NCBI RefSeq assembly: GCF_001194135.2 | Contig: NC_068982.1 | Span: forward strand, 42,442,113 to 42,488,490 | Origin: Octopus bimaculoides | Taxonomy: Eukaryota | Length of the DNA: 46,378 bases | Reading direction: 5' to 3' | Part shown: positions 35,130 to 46,378 of the stretch, piece by piece | How the letters are laid out: every line of letters starts with the position of its first letter | How positions within the stretch are numbered: position 1 is the first letter of the stretch | The notes under the pieces: model-generated | What the model saw: the letters and a program-made list of their open reading frames with translations, nothing else | The model's database searches: none | What the model was told of the DNA's origin: nothing | Position numbers and translations under genes: made by a program

Positions 35130-36050
35130 AGGATACGGGCTAAGAAAAATCTATTAGACAGATATCTAATTGAAAATGTAGGATGTGAGTTTAGTATGTA
35201 AGCCTGGTGGCGCAAAGAGAATGAAGATTCAAAATAAAGGTGGGTTATTCTACAATCGGTTGGAGAAATATTTAAATCGATGGAAATAATAGGTAAAAAG
35301 AATTGAATTCAACACCCAAATCATATTGTTTTCGTCGATTTCACCAGTGCTTTTGATAGTATATACCTGTTGATGGTTATGAAGATGCCAATCCCAACCG
35401 AAAAGATCACATCGCCCTCCTTAGATCAGGATATAAAGGTTCTAAATCTGGAATAAAGACGAATGTTGGCACATGTAAATTTGTGAATATAATGTAAGAT
35501 GTTATACAAAAGGGAATTTTGTTGGTTAGCCTCTTCTGTGTTGTAGTGAGGGGTGTTTTGTTAAAAAAAGGAAAAACGGAAGTACTAAGTTCTCTTCTGG
35601 GGTCAAATAATCTTTAACCTAAGTTATGCAGATGATATTGCTGCTATTAACAATGACGTTGTTTGCCTTCTAGATTTCCTTAACAACAGCTGCAAATGCA
35701 AAATAAGTCGGTTTCCAAATTAATCTTGACAAGATTGTGTTTATGATTACAGATAAAATACAGCCAATCTAGGCATAACAATTTATTGTAGACCTATAAA
35801 GAAAGTTTTAGAATTTGTTTAACGCCTAATCTATCAACTGCAAACAATAATAGTTGTCAACCGCTGAATGACACTAGCATGGACTGCTTTTTCTAAAAAA
35901 AGAGAACACGTTTTGAAAACTAATGGAATACAAATAACTCCCAATGTTAAGATATATTATGGCTGCGAAAGATCAAACTTTGAAGGTTTTCAAAATATTA
36001 TCATGAAATTTATTGCTTGTAAACACCTAACTCATAGAGTTAAAATTCTA
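35130..36050 (+). mobile_element. RTE-clade LINE reverse transcriptase fragment, heavily decayed
   Basis: IVFVDFTSAFDSI (about 35325), YADD (35625-35636), LAWTAFSK...KIY.YGCE. Confidence 0.78.
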
Positions 36051-36649
36051 AATTCACGAGAAATTACACACCCACAATAAATTCGCAGAAAAGTTAAAAC
36101 TGCTTCCTAAAATCGTTTGACCGTTTCAAGTACCTTTCTAACATCTGACTGGAAAGCGCGTTATCTAGAATGAGAATACGAAGATGATGTAATAGAAGAT
36201 AGAACGACTAAGCCCTGAAATACTCTCAATGATAGAGCACATCACAATGAAAGGAAGTAAATGTAGAATGGGGAAAATATGTCCAAGACATTTCGTACTC
36301 AGCTATAAGCGGAAATAAAGATTCATAAAAATATTAAAAAGTGAAAACAATTGTAAGGTCATTTCATAGGTTTCCGACAAAAAAAACCCCTCAAAAAACA
36401 AAACAAAACAAAAAATGCTTCACTAATATGCGCAAGAGGAACGTTTCTACGAATTTTCAGTTAATGGATAATATAAAATGGAAATGGAATATTATATTTG
36501 CAATATTAGAATGATTAAAATTCAGTATTGCAAAATCTATGAACGTTATTCAAACAATGAATTAAATTTATTCTAGCGTTGTAAGAACAATGGAATTAGA
36601 TAAAATTAGTAACAGAAAGAAAAAAGAACTAGGTTTAAAACATGTAACG

Positions 36650-37210
36650 TTGGGCTTTGCTGAAAGCATCTTTATGTAGTAAAAAGGAGTCGAAATTTTC
36701 TCCATACTTCCTAATGCATCATCTACATGTAACTATAACACCCCATCATTGCATAAAAAACATCCGTACTGTATCCTTGAACAGACACATCGAAAGCATC
36801 GTCAAGTGGATATGTACCATCCTTGTCTGTTTCAACTGAAAACACACGTGGTCTTCATATCAAGACAGTATCAGCGCATACCATCCCCATTAAAGATGAG
36901 CAACACACAACTTGATTCTTCCCAGTTGCTGTAAATATAGAGAATCCCTACCATCGAGGATCACTCCTGGCGAAAACTGATCCTTAACATAGTTCGGAAC
37001 CCTCTCCCAACGACTGGCCCTTCTATTCAGAGACAGTGGACTCATCAATCACCAACAATTATTGACATTCTATAAATCTCAGGTGATGATCAGAATGAAG
37101 TATTACTCTTATGTTTGGGAGGAAGCTGCTGCACACACAGACAAGCTAGACTGCATCCAGGAAAAGGACACCCCAAAAGATTGCTTTCTACCATTAACTT
37201 AATGGCCTCT
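36650..37210 (+). mobile_element. CR1/L2-group LINE 3' RT/thumb fragment
   Basis: LKTHVVFISR; LLFRDSGLINHQQLLTFYKSQVMIRMKYYSYVW...KLDCIQEK resembles LxLYKxxIRPxLEYxxxVW...LDxIQ. Confidence 0.6.
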
Positions 37211-38179
37211 GCTCCTCGGAACTGCTTGCGAAGAAAACGAAGAAGTGTAGTAGTAGGAGGAGGAGGAGGAGGAGAAGGTGGAGGCGGAAGGGTGTAAATA
37301 TCATAGTCATCATTATCTCCAACCACGTTAGAAATTTCAACGACTGAGCCTATATGTAGCTTGCAAAAATCACAAATGATACGTTCACTAATTTAATTCC
37401 AGATACATTATGTCAAAAGTAGGGGCGGAATGTTCTCGGTTGGAACGTCTTTGATTATAGATTTTCTTAATCATGGATAACCTGTGTCTAATAAAAAACA
37501 ACAGTAACGTTAGCTGTTATAAAGCTATATTCAATTGGTCCTCGTTTTCTCATCCCACCTGATATTATTTTTCTTGTTTTTTTTTCTAGCATCTCCACTT
37601 CCATCTCTGTCCCACCAACTTGAATGTCTTTTCGTTTTCTTCAAACTTATGTGTCTAGACGAAGTTTACTGATTTTGTTATTAAATATTTATTCTTGTTA
37701 TCGTTGTTGTCACTCTCCTGTAGATCAGTGATATTTATAAGATATCTCCTAAAGGCGGATATGTATTTTACTCAAATACTGTCGAGATCGTACGAAAGTT
37801 ACAGCAGATAAGGACACGCCGCATTTCGTAAAATGTCAAACAAACGAAAATCAAATTGTGTTTCACCATCTCCGACATCTCTTTAAACAAGTTGAAAGAT
37901 TGTGAAGTATATGATAACTGAAAAAAAATGCTGCTGGGTGAGAAGAAATGAAAAGCTGAGGAGGAAGAAATGATGATGGTAATGAAAATAATGATGTTTT
38001 TTCTGATTTAGGCAGAAGTCCAGCAATTTGATGATGAGGTGATTAGTCAATGCAATCGATTTTAGAGGGATGAAAGGTAACAATTACCTACGTGGGATTC
38101 GAATTCACAATGTAAAGACCCGGAGTAATTGTTTCTAGAACAGGAATTTGTGGGAAGTATGTAGAACATGACTGGTATT

Positions 38180-38225
38180 TTATTCATCGACCTCAACAGG
38201 ATGAAAGGCAAAGCTGACACCCGCG
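38180..38225 (-). mobile_element. SINE A central fragment
   Basis: CTGGTATTTTATTCATCGACC..AGGATGAAAGGCAAAG. Confidence 0.7.
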
Positions 38226-38304
38226 AAAATTAAATTTTTGTCTCACCTAGAAGGAATGACAAAAACATCAACCGGATATTTTATTTCTCTTTATAAAATA
38301 ATCA

Positions 38305-38365
38305 CGACAGTGCTCCAGCATGGCCACAGTCATACGACTGAAACCATTATAAGAGTAAAAAGAAA
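38305..38365 (+). mobile_element. SINE B 3' tail fragment
   Basis: GTGCTCCAGCATGGCCACAGTC..GACTGAAAC..AAGAGTAAAAAG. Confidence 0.75.
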
Positions 38366-38810
38366 AAAAATGACTTTGACCGGATGCATTTTCACGAAAA
38401 TTAAATACACTTGCATCTGTCTTAAAATGTAATTATCACACTAATAACCTTAATCATATGACAAAATCATTAAATGTTTTTAAAGTATTGATATATATTT
38501 CAAGTTATCAACCTTCTTCATTCAGAATCGCTAGCAACAAAGGCTAGATACTTTTCCTTTTAACTTTATTGTTCACAACGACAAAGATGAAATTTTGATA
38601 ATTTAAAAATTCATCGTATGTAGTGTACAAAACATTCCACATCGACTTTACGATTTAAACTCATAGCATTAGCCTCGTTCGGTTTCTTTCAAGTAGTACC
38701 TTTCGTTCGTCTTTGTAATTTTTACTACTCTCGGGTATGTATACCAGTAACATATGGTATAATTATAAACATTTTAGCCATTTCTCTGCAGACTGAAAAA
38801 AAGATGAACA

Positions 38811-38853
38811 ACCTTAATCGATTTTCGAAAATTATTGGGTTTTCATCAGAGGT
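38811..38853 (-). ncRNA. Near-canonical minimal type I hammerhead-like motif
   Basis: ACCT-CTGATGA-AAACCCAATAATTTTC-GAA-AATCGATT-A-AGGT: 4-bp stem I, intact core, palindromic stem III, UUA site; stem II closes with A-C instead of G-C. Confidence 0.55.
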
Positions 38854-41800
38854 ATATTCAGTCAAGACAGATGTTAGTATTTTATACGTTGTTGTTAAGC
38901 AACTTATGAGTCTATAATTTTTTGGTTCATTTGCTTCTTCATTTTATGAAAGTAGGAATGTAACATCATTAACTAGTCAAAAGGGAATCATACTAGGTTG
39001 TTGCAAAACATTGTTGTAAATTTTTTTAGCAGTTCATGACGCTGGGAAGGCACTCAACCAGAAGTTAGGAATTTTATCCTTTCCTGGAGACTTCCTGAGA
39101 GCAGATCTTACATCCTTTACCTTGATACCCTCCGTCTTCTGCTCTTCTAAAGAGTCAATAGATATTCTATCTTTATTGATTTTTGTGTGATTTTTGTGAG
39201 ATATTTTTGTGTTGTTGTTGTTACTATTATTATTATTATTATTATTATTANNNNNNNNNNNNNNNNNNNNNNNNNNNNNNNNNNNNNNNNNNNNNNNNNN
39301 NNNNNNNNNNNNNNNNNNNNNNNNNNNNNNNNNNNNNNNNNNNNNNNNNNNNNNNNNNNNNNNNNNNNNNNNNNNNNNNNNNNNNNNNNNNNNNNNNNNN
39401 NNNNNNNNNNNNNNNNNNNNNNNNNNNNNNNNNNNNNNNNNNNNNNNNNNNNNNNNNNNNNNNNNNNNNNNNNNNNNNNNNNNNNNNNNNNNNNNNNNNN
39501 NNNNNNNNNNNNNNNNNNNNNNNNNNNNNNNNNNNNNNNNNNNNNNNNNNNNNNNNNNNNNNNNNNNNNNNNNNNNNNNNNNNNNNNNNNNNNNNNNNNN
39601 NNNNNNNNNNNNNNNNNNNNNNNNNNNNNNNNNNNNNNNNNNNNNNNNNNNNNNNNNNNNNNNNNNNNNNNNNNNNNNNNNNNNNNNNNNNNNNNNNNNN
39701 NNNNNNNNNNNNNNNNNNNNNNNNNNNNNNNNNNNNNNNNNNNNNNNNNNNNNNNNNNNNNNNNNNNNNNNNNNNNNNNNNNNNNNNNNNNNNNNNNNNN
39801 NNNNNNNNNNNNNNNNNNNNNNNNNNNNNNNNNNNNNNNNNNNNNNNNNNNNNNNNNNNNNNNNNNNNNNNNNNNNNNNNNNNNNNCTTTAGCAACGTAG
39901 GTGTTTCCAACACCGTCAGTCATGTCTAATGACGGCTATTATTTTTTCGGTTTTGGTACACATTGCTTACCGCTGTCTACGTTACTTCTTATATATATAT
40001 ATATATAGATATATATAGCGGTTGAAAGGCATCGCTTATCTTTCTCTATTTTTCTTTTTTTTCTTCTTTTTCTAAGAGTTTCGAAAAATGCAAGATGCAA
40101 CAATGAGGCATAGCTTATCCTCAGATGCTAAGATCTCCCGACTGGAGACCTTCTATTAATGCTCACAACAGACAGACCTTTGCTGAAGATACGAAGGGCC
40201 AGAGTTGTTTATATTTCTGTATAAGGGTTAGGGTATTTTCTTATTAGTTTCGATGTTGGTATTTCTAAGTTTCACTATGCTTGTGATTCTTTCCCTTATA
40301 AATGCTTTTTCTGATATGTTTTTTTTTCATTCTTTTTGTTTTCATCTATTCTCTTTTTGAAATCAAAATATTTGAGGTAAGTAAGCGATGTAACGTTTAT
40401 GTCTTGGTGTATTACTTTGGAGGTCTGTGTCCTAAGAACTTAAGAACACAGTATAAGGAGAAAAATTTGTTTACATTTCATTTTTTGTTTTTTTTCTCCT
40501 TGGGTGTTCATTTACTTTCACTACTCAGTTATAGGTGCTGAGAACATTTTTCCATTCCTCTTTAAATTCTTTGACCTAAAATTACCATTTTGCTTTGCTT
40601 TTATTTTAATTTCAATTTTCCTGTATTTTTTACTTTACATCTCTTCTTTCTCCCTTCCAGTTTCTTTTCTTGTTACCACTTACCCTCCCCTCTCCACTGA
40701 ATTTTAACTAAAGCCCACACGGGACTGATATATTGTCATCAGCCATGTTTTGTTTACAATTGTATATCGAATTGGAATGTATTTGTAAGCGTAAGAATGT
40801 ATGCTTGCGTGTGTATGCTTACGATTCTTTGAATGTATGTGTATGCATATATGTATATGTTTGTCTACATATGTCTCTGTGTGTGCGAATGTATTTGCTT
40901 GTGTTTGAGTCTATGTCTATGCCCGCGTGTGTGTATGTGTTTACATATATATAATACACGAGAGTGTTTGTTTACGTATTTAGCCATATTTGCATGGAAG
41001 AGGAATATACGTGTTTATGTTAGTATACATAATACTTTGTATTTATGTATGTTTATGTATTAGTCTTAGTTTAGATTATTGGTTTCTATACATGTTTGTA
41101 TTTCGTTATAAGTGTGTTTGTTATGTATGTCTGGATATATATATATATATATATGTGTATGTGTGTGTGTGTGTGGGCATGAACGTATGGAAACGAATGC
41201 CTATATGCGTATGTTTGAGGAAACGTATATGTAAGTGAAGTAATATCTATGAATAAATGTATGTTTGATCTCCGTGTATTTATATGCTCGTTCATGTGCG
41301 AAAATTCGAGACAAGGATATCTATGTGTGTAGAGTTGTTTGTAGAGTTCTCCGTATTTATTTCAGTTGTTTGTGTCCAAGATTTCCTTTGTGTATATTTG
41401 GGCAATTGTGTGATTGACAGAAATTAAATTTGCTTTGATTTATTTCGCGGATGCATGTATGTGTACTTATATGTGTAAGTACTTGTATATATCTGTAAAT
41501 ATGATATGTGATTATATTCGGTAGCTGTTATGTCTCAAGCTACTGCTATCTAGCACCTTCGGATGATCTCTACTCAACCGCTACATGACGGCTACTCAAC
41601 AGTCACTCAACTCCTCTACCGTAGCTAGACTACCTCTATTTATATGTCTTGGGCGGTCCTACTTCTTCGCTTGGGGGCGTCGACACAACAGTAGCCATGA
41701 TAAAACTCCGAGTTTCGGATGTCGGGGCGGAGACCCACGCCGCCATCTCTTCCGTTATCGGGCCATCGCAAAAATACTATGAAAATGACCGTTATACAAA

Positions 41801-42484
41801 GGGAAATTACTGTACGATTGACCGTTATTAAGACAAAAGAGCTATTAGAATGACCGCTAAGTGAGGGGAGGGTGTAAAAGTATGGGAGTAAAACTGTCCA
41901 TAGTATTTGCGTAAGCGCACCAGTCCATACATACACATGCGCGCCCGCACACCCACGTACATGCGCCTATATGTATATACTTATTCACCCTCACTTGAAA
42001 CACACACATGCTCACCCACACATTCACCAATATATATATATATATNNNNNNNNNNNNNNNNNNNNNNNNNNNNNNNNNNNNNNNNNNNNNNNNNNNNNNN
42101 NNNNNNNNNNNNNNNNNNNNNNNNNNNNNNNNNNNNNNNNNNNNNNNNNNNNNNNNNNNNNNNNNNNNNNNNNNNNNNNNNNNNNNNNNNNNNNNNNNNN
42201 NNNNNNNNNNNNNNNNNNNNNNNNNNNNNNNNNNNNNNNNNNNNNNNNNNNNNNNNNNNNNNNNNNNNNNNNNNNNNNNNNNNNNNNNNNNNNNNNNNNN
42301 NNNNNNNNNNNNNNNNNNNNNNNNNNNNNNNNNNNNNNNNNNNTTTAACTGAAATTTCCGCTTCCTGCACTGATCAAAGGAGGAAGAAAGTCTGAATAGA
42401 TTACCAACTCTTGACAAAATTATCATATAAGCAAAACATACATAAACACACACTCACACACACACACACACCCTCACACACACA

Positions 42485-42525
<41 letters not shown>

Positions 42526-42544
42526 CACACACACACATCTATAT

Positions 42545-42584
<40 letters not shown>

Positions 42585-42899
42585 TTATCAGTCTGTCTGT
42601 CTGCCTGTCTATCTATATATGAATAAAACGTTTACTCATTCAATGTTGATACTGAAGCTGTTTGTCAGCCCGTTCAATGTTCTTACTATATGCGAAGAGT
42701 ATTTGGCAACGAAGAAATGTGAACGTCTAAATTGTTGAGTCACTTTTAACTGAATTCCTACTCAGGAAACGGAAACCACGAGAGATATTACATAAAACAT
42801 GTAGAGCAGCAGTTTACTACACATTTTGTTCTGTATAAACCATTGTAGCAAGTATGTTCACAGTTTGCTTGTTTAAGTTTAAATAGGCCCATATTGGCT

Positions 42900-43330
42900 C
42901 CTATGCTGATTTTCTGCAAGTGGCTACATGACGAAGCCCGTTCATGCCGATTGGATGCTTTAAGTTATTCAATTAGACCACTTGCTAGACCAGCAAATGC
43001 GTGGTGCGTTTTGAACCACCTTACCACTATAAAGAATTTCCTCTAAGCATTCCCAGAGAGGAGAGAATGGTCAGCAGAGATCTTTGACGTCATGCTTTGT
43101 TCTTTTACCACACACCTCATCAAGTACAAATTGCACGAGGAACCAATGTATTTTTGCTAACAGTATTATCCATGCTGTACCAGTTTGCTGTATCTTCTAT
43201 TAATGGAGAAATAAATGTGGCCGTCAGTTTTATCCTGTGTCTTCGTATTTCTTGGTGTATTTTATCATGACTCGTTTGAAACCAGAAGATTATAATATTG
43301 CCAGGGCCGTGGCCACTTTCCCCCGTTAAA
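42900..43330 (-). mobile_element. Tc1/mariner-type transposase relic
   Basis: Across frameshifts: IFWFQ... and xRQRSxxLTILxxSLWECLEEILYSGK, resembling WPPRSPDLTPLDFFLWGYLKxxVY. Confidence 0.45.
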
Positions 43331-43694
43331 CCATCACTAAACAAACATATAACGATGAAGCGTAAAGAACAAACGGATCATCATAGCGACTATTTTCACA
43401 AGCCTATGCAAAAAAAATAGTACACTATAGAGTAAAGCAACGGAGAGAAAAAGAAATCAAAAGAATAATAACTAAGAGCAAAGGCTAGAAATATTTCTAT
43501 TTTAGGCGATAGGTCTTGTTGCTTATGATGAAATCGAGCTATTAAAAAAAATAAAGGTTGAGAAGTCGGCCTTGACAACTGATGACAAAGAAAGATTTGC
43601 GTTTCGTTACTGTAAATCAAGTAGTCTTGAATTCGATATCCTTTTTATTTGATTGGGAAGAGATGCATGAATAAATAGATAACAACATTGCTGT

Positions 43695-43772
43695 TATATA
43701 CAAACATATACATACATATATACATACACACAAACATACATGCGTATGTATGCATATATGTATATATATATG

Positions 43773-43831
<59 letters not shown>

Positions 43832-44125
43832 TTATATATATGTATATGCACATTTATATTCACATATATATATATATATCCATATATGCATATATATAAA
43901 AATATATACAAATATATATATATATGTATGTGTATACATATCAATCGATCTATATCTGTATATATATACATATATGTATGTGTGTATTTGTATATAAATA
44001 TATTTATACTTATGTGTGACAATATATTATGCATACAGATACATGTGTATACACACACATACAAATATATATATATAAGAATTTACACATATATCTATAT
44101 GTATATATATTTATGTATGTACATA
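43695..44125. repeat. Degenerate (TA/TACA)n microsatellite block
   Basis: Direct reading. Confidence 0.95.
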
Positions 44126-44884
44126 CAATATTCGATTGCTGACAAGAACGATGAAGATTACTGCTGAAGAGAAAGAAGGTGAAATGTTGAACATTTAGCC
44201 TTAAAAACTGAAATCAATATCAACTGAAGTAATGAAACTTGTCTTAGTCTGGAGGAGCGTTTTCATGAAGAAAGCTGAAAATGATTTAAGATAACTTTCT
44301 TATATGGACGATTGTTTGTTTTCTTTTTCTGCTTGACTGTACCACAATGAATTAAAAGCATTAAAAAAAACATTTATATCTAATCGTAAAGATCAGGATT
44401 GCTTTTATTTTTGTTATATTTTTTCACATCAAATTACAATCGCGCCAAGATATATTGTTATAATATATGACGTCTTTTATTGTAACTTAGTTCTTATCCA
44501 GACTTTTCTTTCTGTTTTACAGTAAAAAAAAAAAAAGAAACTAAAAGGTCTCATTACTCAGAAGCTTCAAAAGTCATGCTCTTGAACAACACCGTCCGCT
44601 CAAAACAATTAAGAAACACTAACCCGTCAAATTCTCTACAAATACCACGCATTATTCAAAGTTTCCCAGATGCTAGGGTTGCATGAAGCAAAGCAGACAC
44701 AAGTCTTAAGGAAGGTTCGTTATCATTGGATGATGCATAGACTTCGTTCTTAGTGGTCAGTTCAAGTCAAATGATCTGAACCGCTGGGTTTCTGAATAGC
44801 GTTTCTGAATAGCGTTTCTGAATATTGACGGACAATGCCGACTATGGAAAATTGAGCTGAAATAGATGACAGTTGTCTCGTTTG

Positions 44885-45020
44885 CTTTTAATTTTTGGCA
44901 CAGGACCAACAATTTCGAGAGAGGGATAAGTCGATTACATCGACGCCAGTGTTCAACTGGTACTTATTTTATTGCCACGGCGAAAAGATGAACAACAAAG
45001 TCGACCGTGGAGGAATTCAA
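44885..45020 (-). mobile_element. SINE A 3' half
   Basis: GGCACAGGACCAACAATTTCG...AGTCGATTACATCGAC...CTGGTACTTATTT. Confidence 0.82.
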
Positions 45021-45399
45021 TAAAGATTCCAGAGTAATTTTAACTACTCATTTATAATTAGATAATACGTAGCTCTGCTGAAGACAATCTTTTCTTTAGG
45101 ACATTATGAGTTACTCCAATATGCAGTTATGCAATAGAAAAAAGTGGTAGATGAAAACTCTGGCAATTAAGGAGGAGCTTCATTGAATACAAGTAACCAA
45201 CAACTAATCACAAGCAAGTACGGCTTGGTAGTATGTAGCATGTTTTTCTTAATTGCTTCAAATTCCTATGTAGTCACTACCACACATTGACATCGACTCA
45301 GCCATCTCCCCATCATCACAGCAGAACGTCTATAATGTGACAACTAGAGGAAGAAAGGGTTGTATCAGAACTCGGACTGGTACAGACTACAAGATCAAC

Positions 45400-45505
45400 G
45401 GCAAATGGAGCACGTCGCTCAAAAGCACAGCTCATCGTCTAACCTATGAATTGAATACAGTATCTTGTGATCGTGAGCCGACCACCCTAACCACTAAGTC
45501 AGTAT
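45400..45505 (-). mobile_element. SINE D-type head (decayed)
   Basis: CTGACTTAGTGGTTAGGGTGGTCGGCTCACGATCAC...CTGTGCTTTTGAGCGA. Confidence 0.65.
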
Positions 45506-46378
45506 CGGGTATTCTCTAAATTATATCTCTTGAATCTGAGGGAATATATATGCTAAAGGCTCCTTCTTTCGGAGAAGCTGTCGGTGATTGCCATATAGTT
45601 TCTCGGAAAGCCGTCCGGTAGAACGATGGTCACTTTATAAACCTTTGAAACTCAGAATTCCTTGAGTTGAAAAATGCATTGATTTCGGCAGTTGCATATA
45701 AATGTCTCGGGTAAATGCCGCATAAGAGTTCTCTTTCTGTTATGTGCGAAATTGGAATAAATTCCGTGTAGGCATGAGTAACTTTCTTTACCATTATTAA
45801 TATTAAAGGACATGAACTAATTATTTGTGCCTGGGAAATGTTACATAATGAAGAATAAAAATGTTTTTGGTTATGTAAGTAGGCACGTAGATATTGAACA
45901 GAAATTGAGCCAAGTCATTTTTCTTTCTACTTCTCTTCGGGAATGACGACTCTCATCCACTCTTACTTCTCGCTTAAGTCACATCTCAATAACACCTCGT
46001 TATAATAGTGTGCAGTTCTTTGATGATAGTTATGATGTGAAACTGAATTAGGATTTTCTACTAACCAAGGTCAAGGTGGAAATGAGGAAGGATTCCAATT
46101 GGAAAGGATGAAAATTCCCGATAATGAAGTCGTTGTGCATTCAGGTTGTTTTATTCTCAATACCATCGAACCACTTTGCAAAGATGGAACCCCAGAACTT
46201 TAGAACAAAAACAGCTCTATGTTTAAGCCTGGGTATAAAAGGTATAACACGAAACACATGTGTGTGTGTGTGTGTCTATGTATGTGTGTGTATGTATAAG
46301 TGAGTGAGAGACAGCTATGTATGTATGTGCATATATACATGCATATATATATATGATATATATATATATATATATATA

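Noticed and set aside
37710-37830. Acceptor-like CTCTCCTGTAG followed by a 35-codon open frame
   Set aside because: Short, no recognisable homology and no convincing donor
39147-39929. Long ORFs spanning N runs (also 2639, 9357, 14008, 16963, 20285, 41857)
   Set aside because: Artefacts of assembly gaps translated as X
43617-44167. YI/HT/CV/poly-N/poly-L ORFs here and throughout the window
   Set aside because: Translations of di- and trinucleotide microsatellites
45560-46200. Possible coding or APE-like remnant on the minus strand (IIGNFHP)
   Set aside because: Single weak motif, frames closed by stops, no supporting motifs

Overview
Eukaryotic, AT-rich, repeat-dominated non-coding DNA with 11 N-gaps (about 2.8 kb in total) and dense microsatellites. 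The tRNA-derived SINE families and the microsatellite load suggest a cephalopod (Octopus-like) genome; that is an inference, not a database match. No host protein-coding gene can be supported. Most ORFs in the track are microsatellite, N-gap or antisense-to-TE artefacts. The recognisable content is decayed mobile DNA: a cluster of Tx1/L1-clade LINE pieces (1.8-9.0 kb, ending in two convergent copies that both lack their 3' halves), a Penelope-like GIY-YIG element with an inverted pseudo-LTR (14.4-16.4 kb), RTE- and CR1/L2-like RT fragments, mariner/Tc1 relics, hAT, foldback and DINE-1-like non-autonomous elements, four SINE head types, and a 24-bp minisatellite. The most interesting signals are: (i) three independent, degenerate dimer-type hammerhead-ribozyme-like motifs; (ii) a roughly 25-30 nt 3' tail shared by SINE family A and the Tx1-like LINE, suggesting a SINE-LINE partnership, plus a 33-nt TSD-flanked insertion of that tail alone; (iii) a roughly 710-bp near-perfect foldback that shares a subterminal motif with a second foldback family; (iv) a roughly 1.1-kb inverted LINE pair. 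All alignments and identities are manual estimates.
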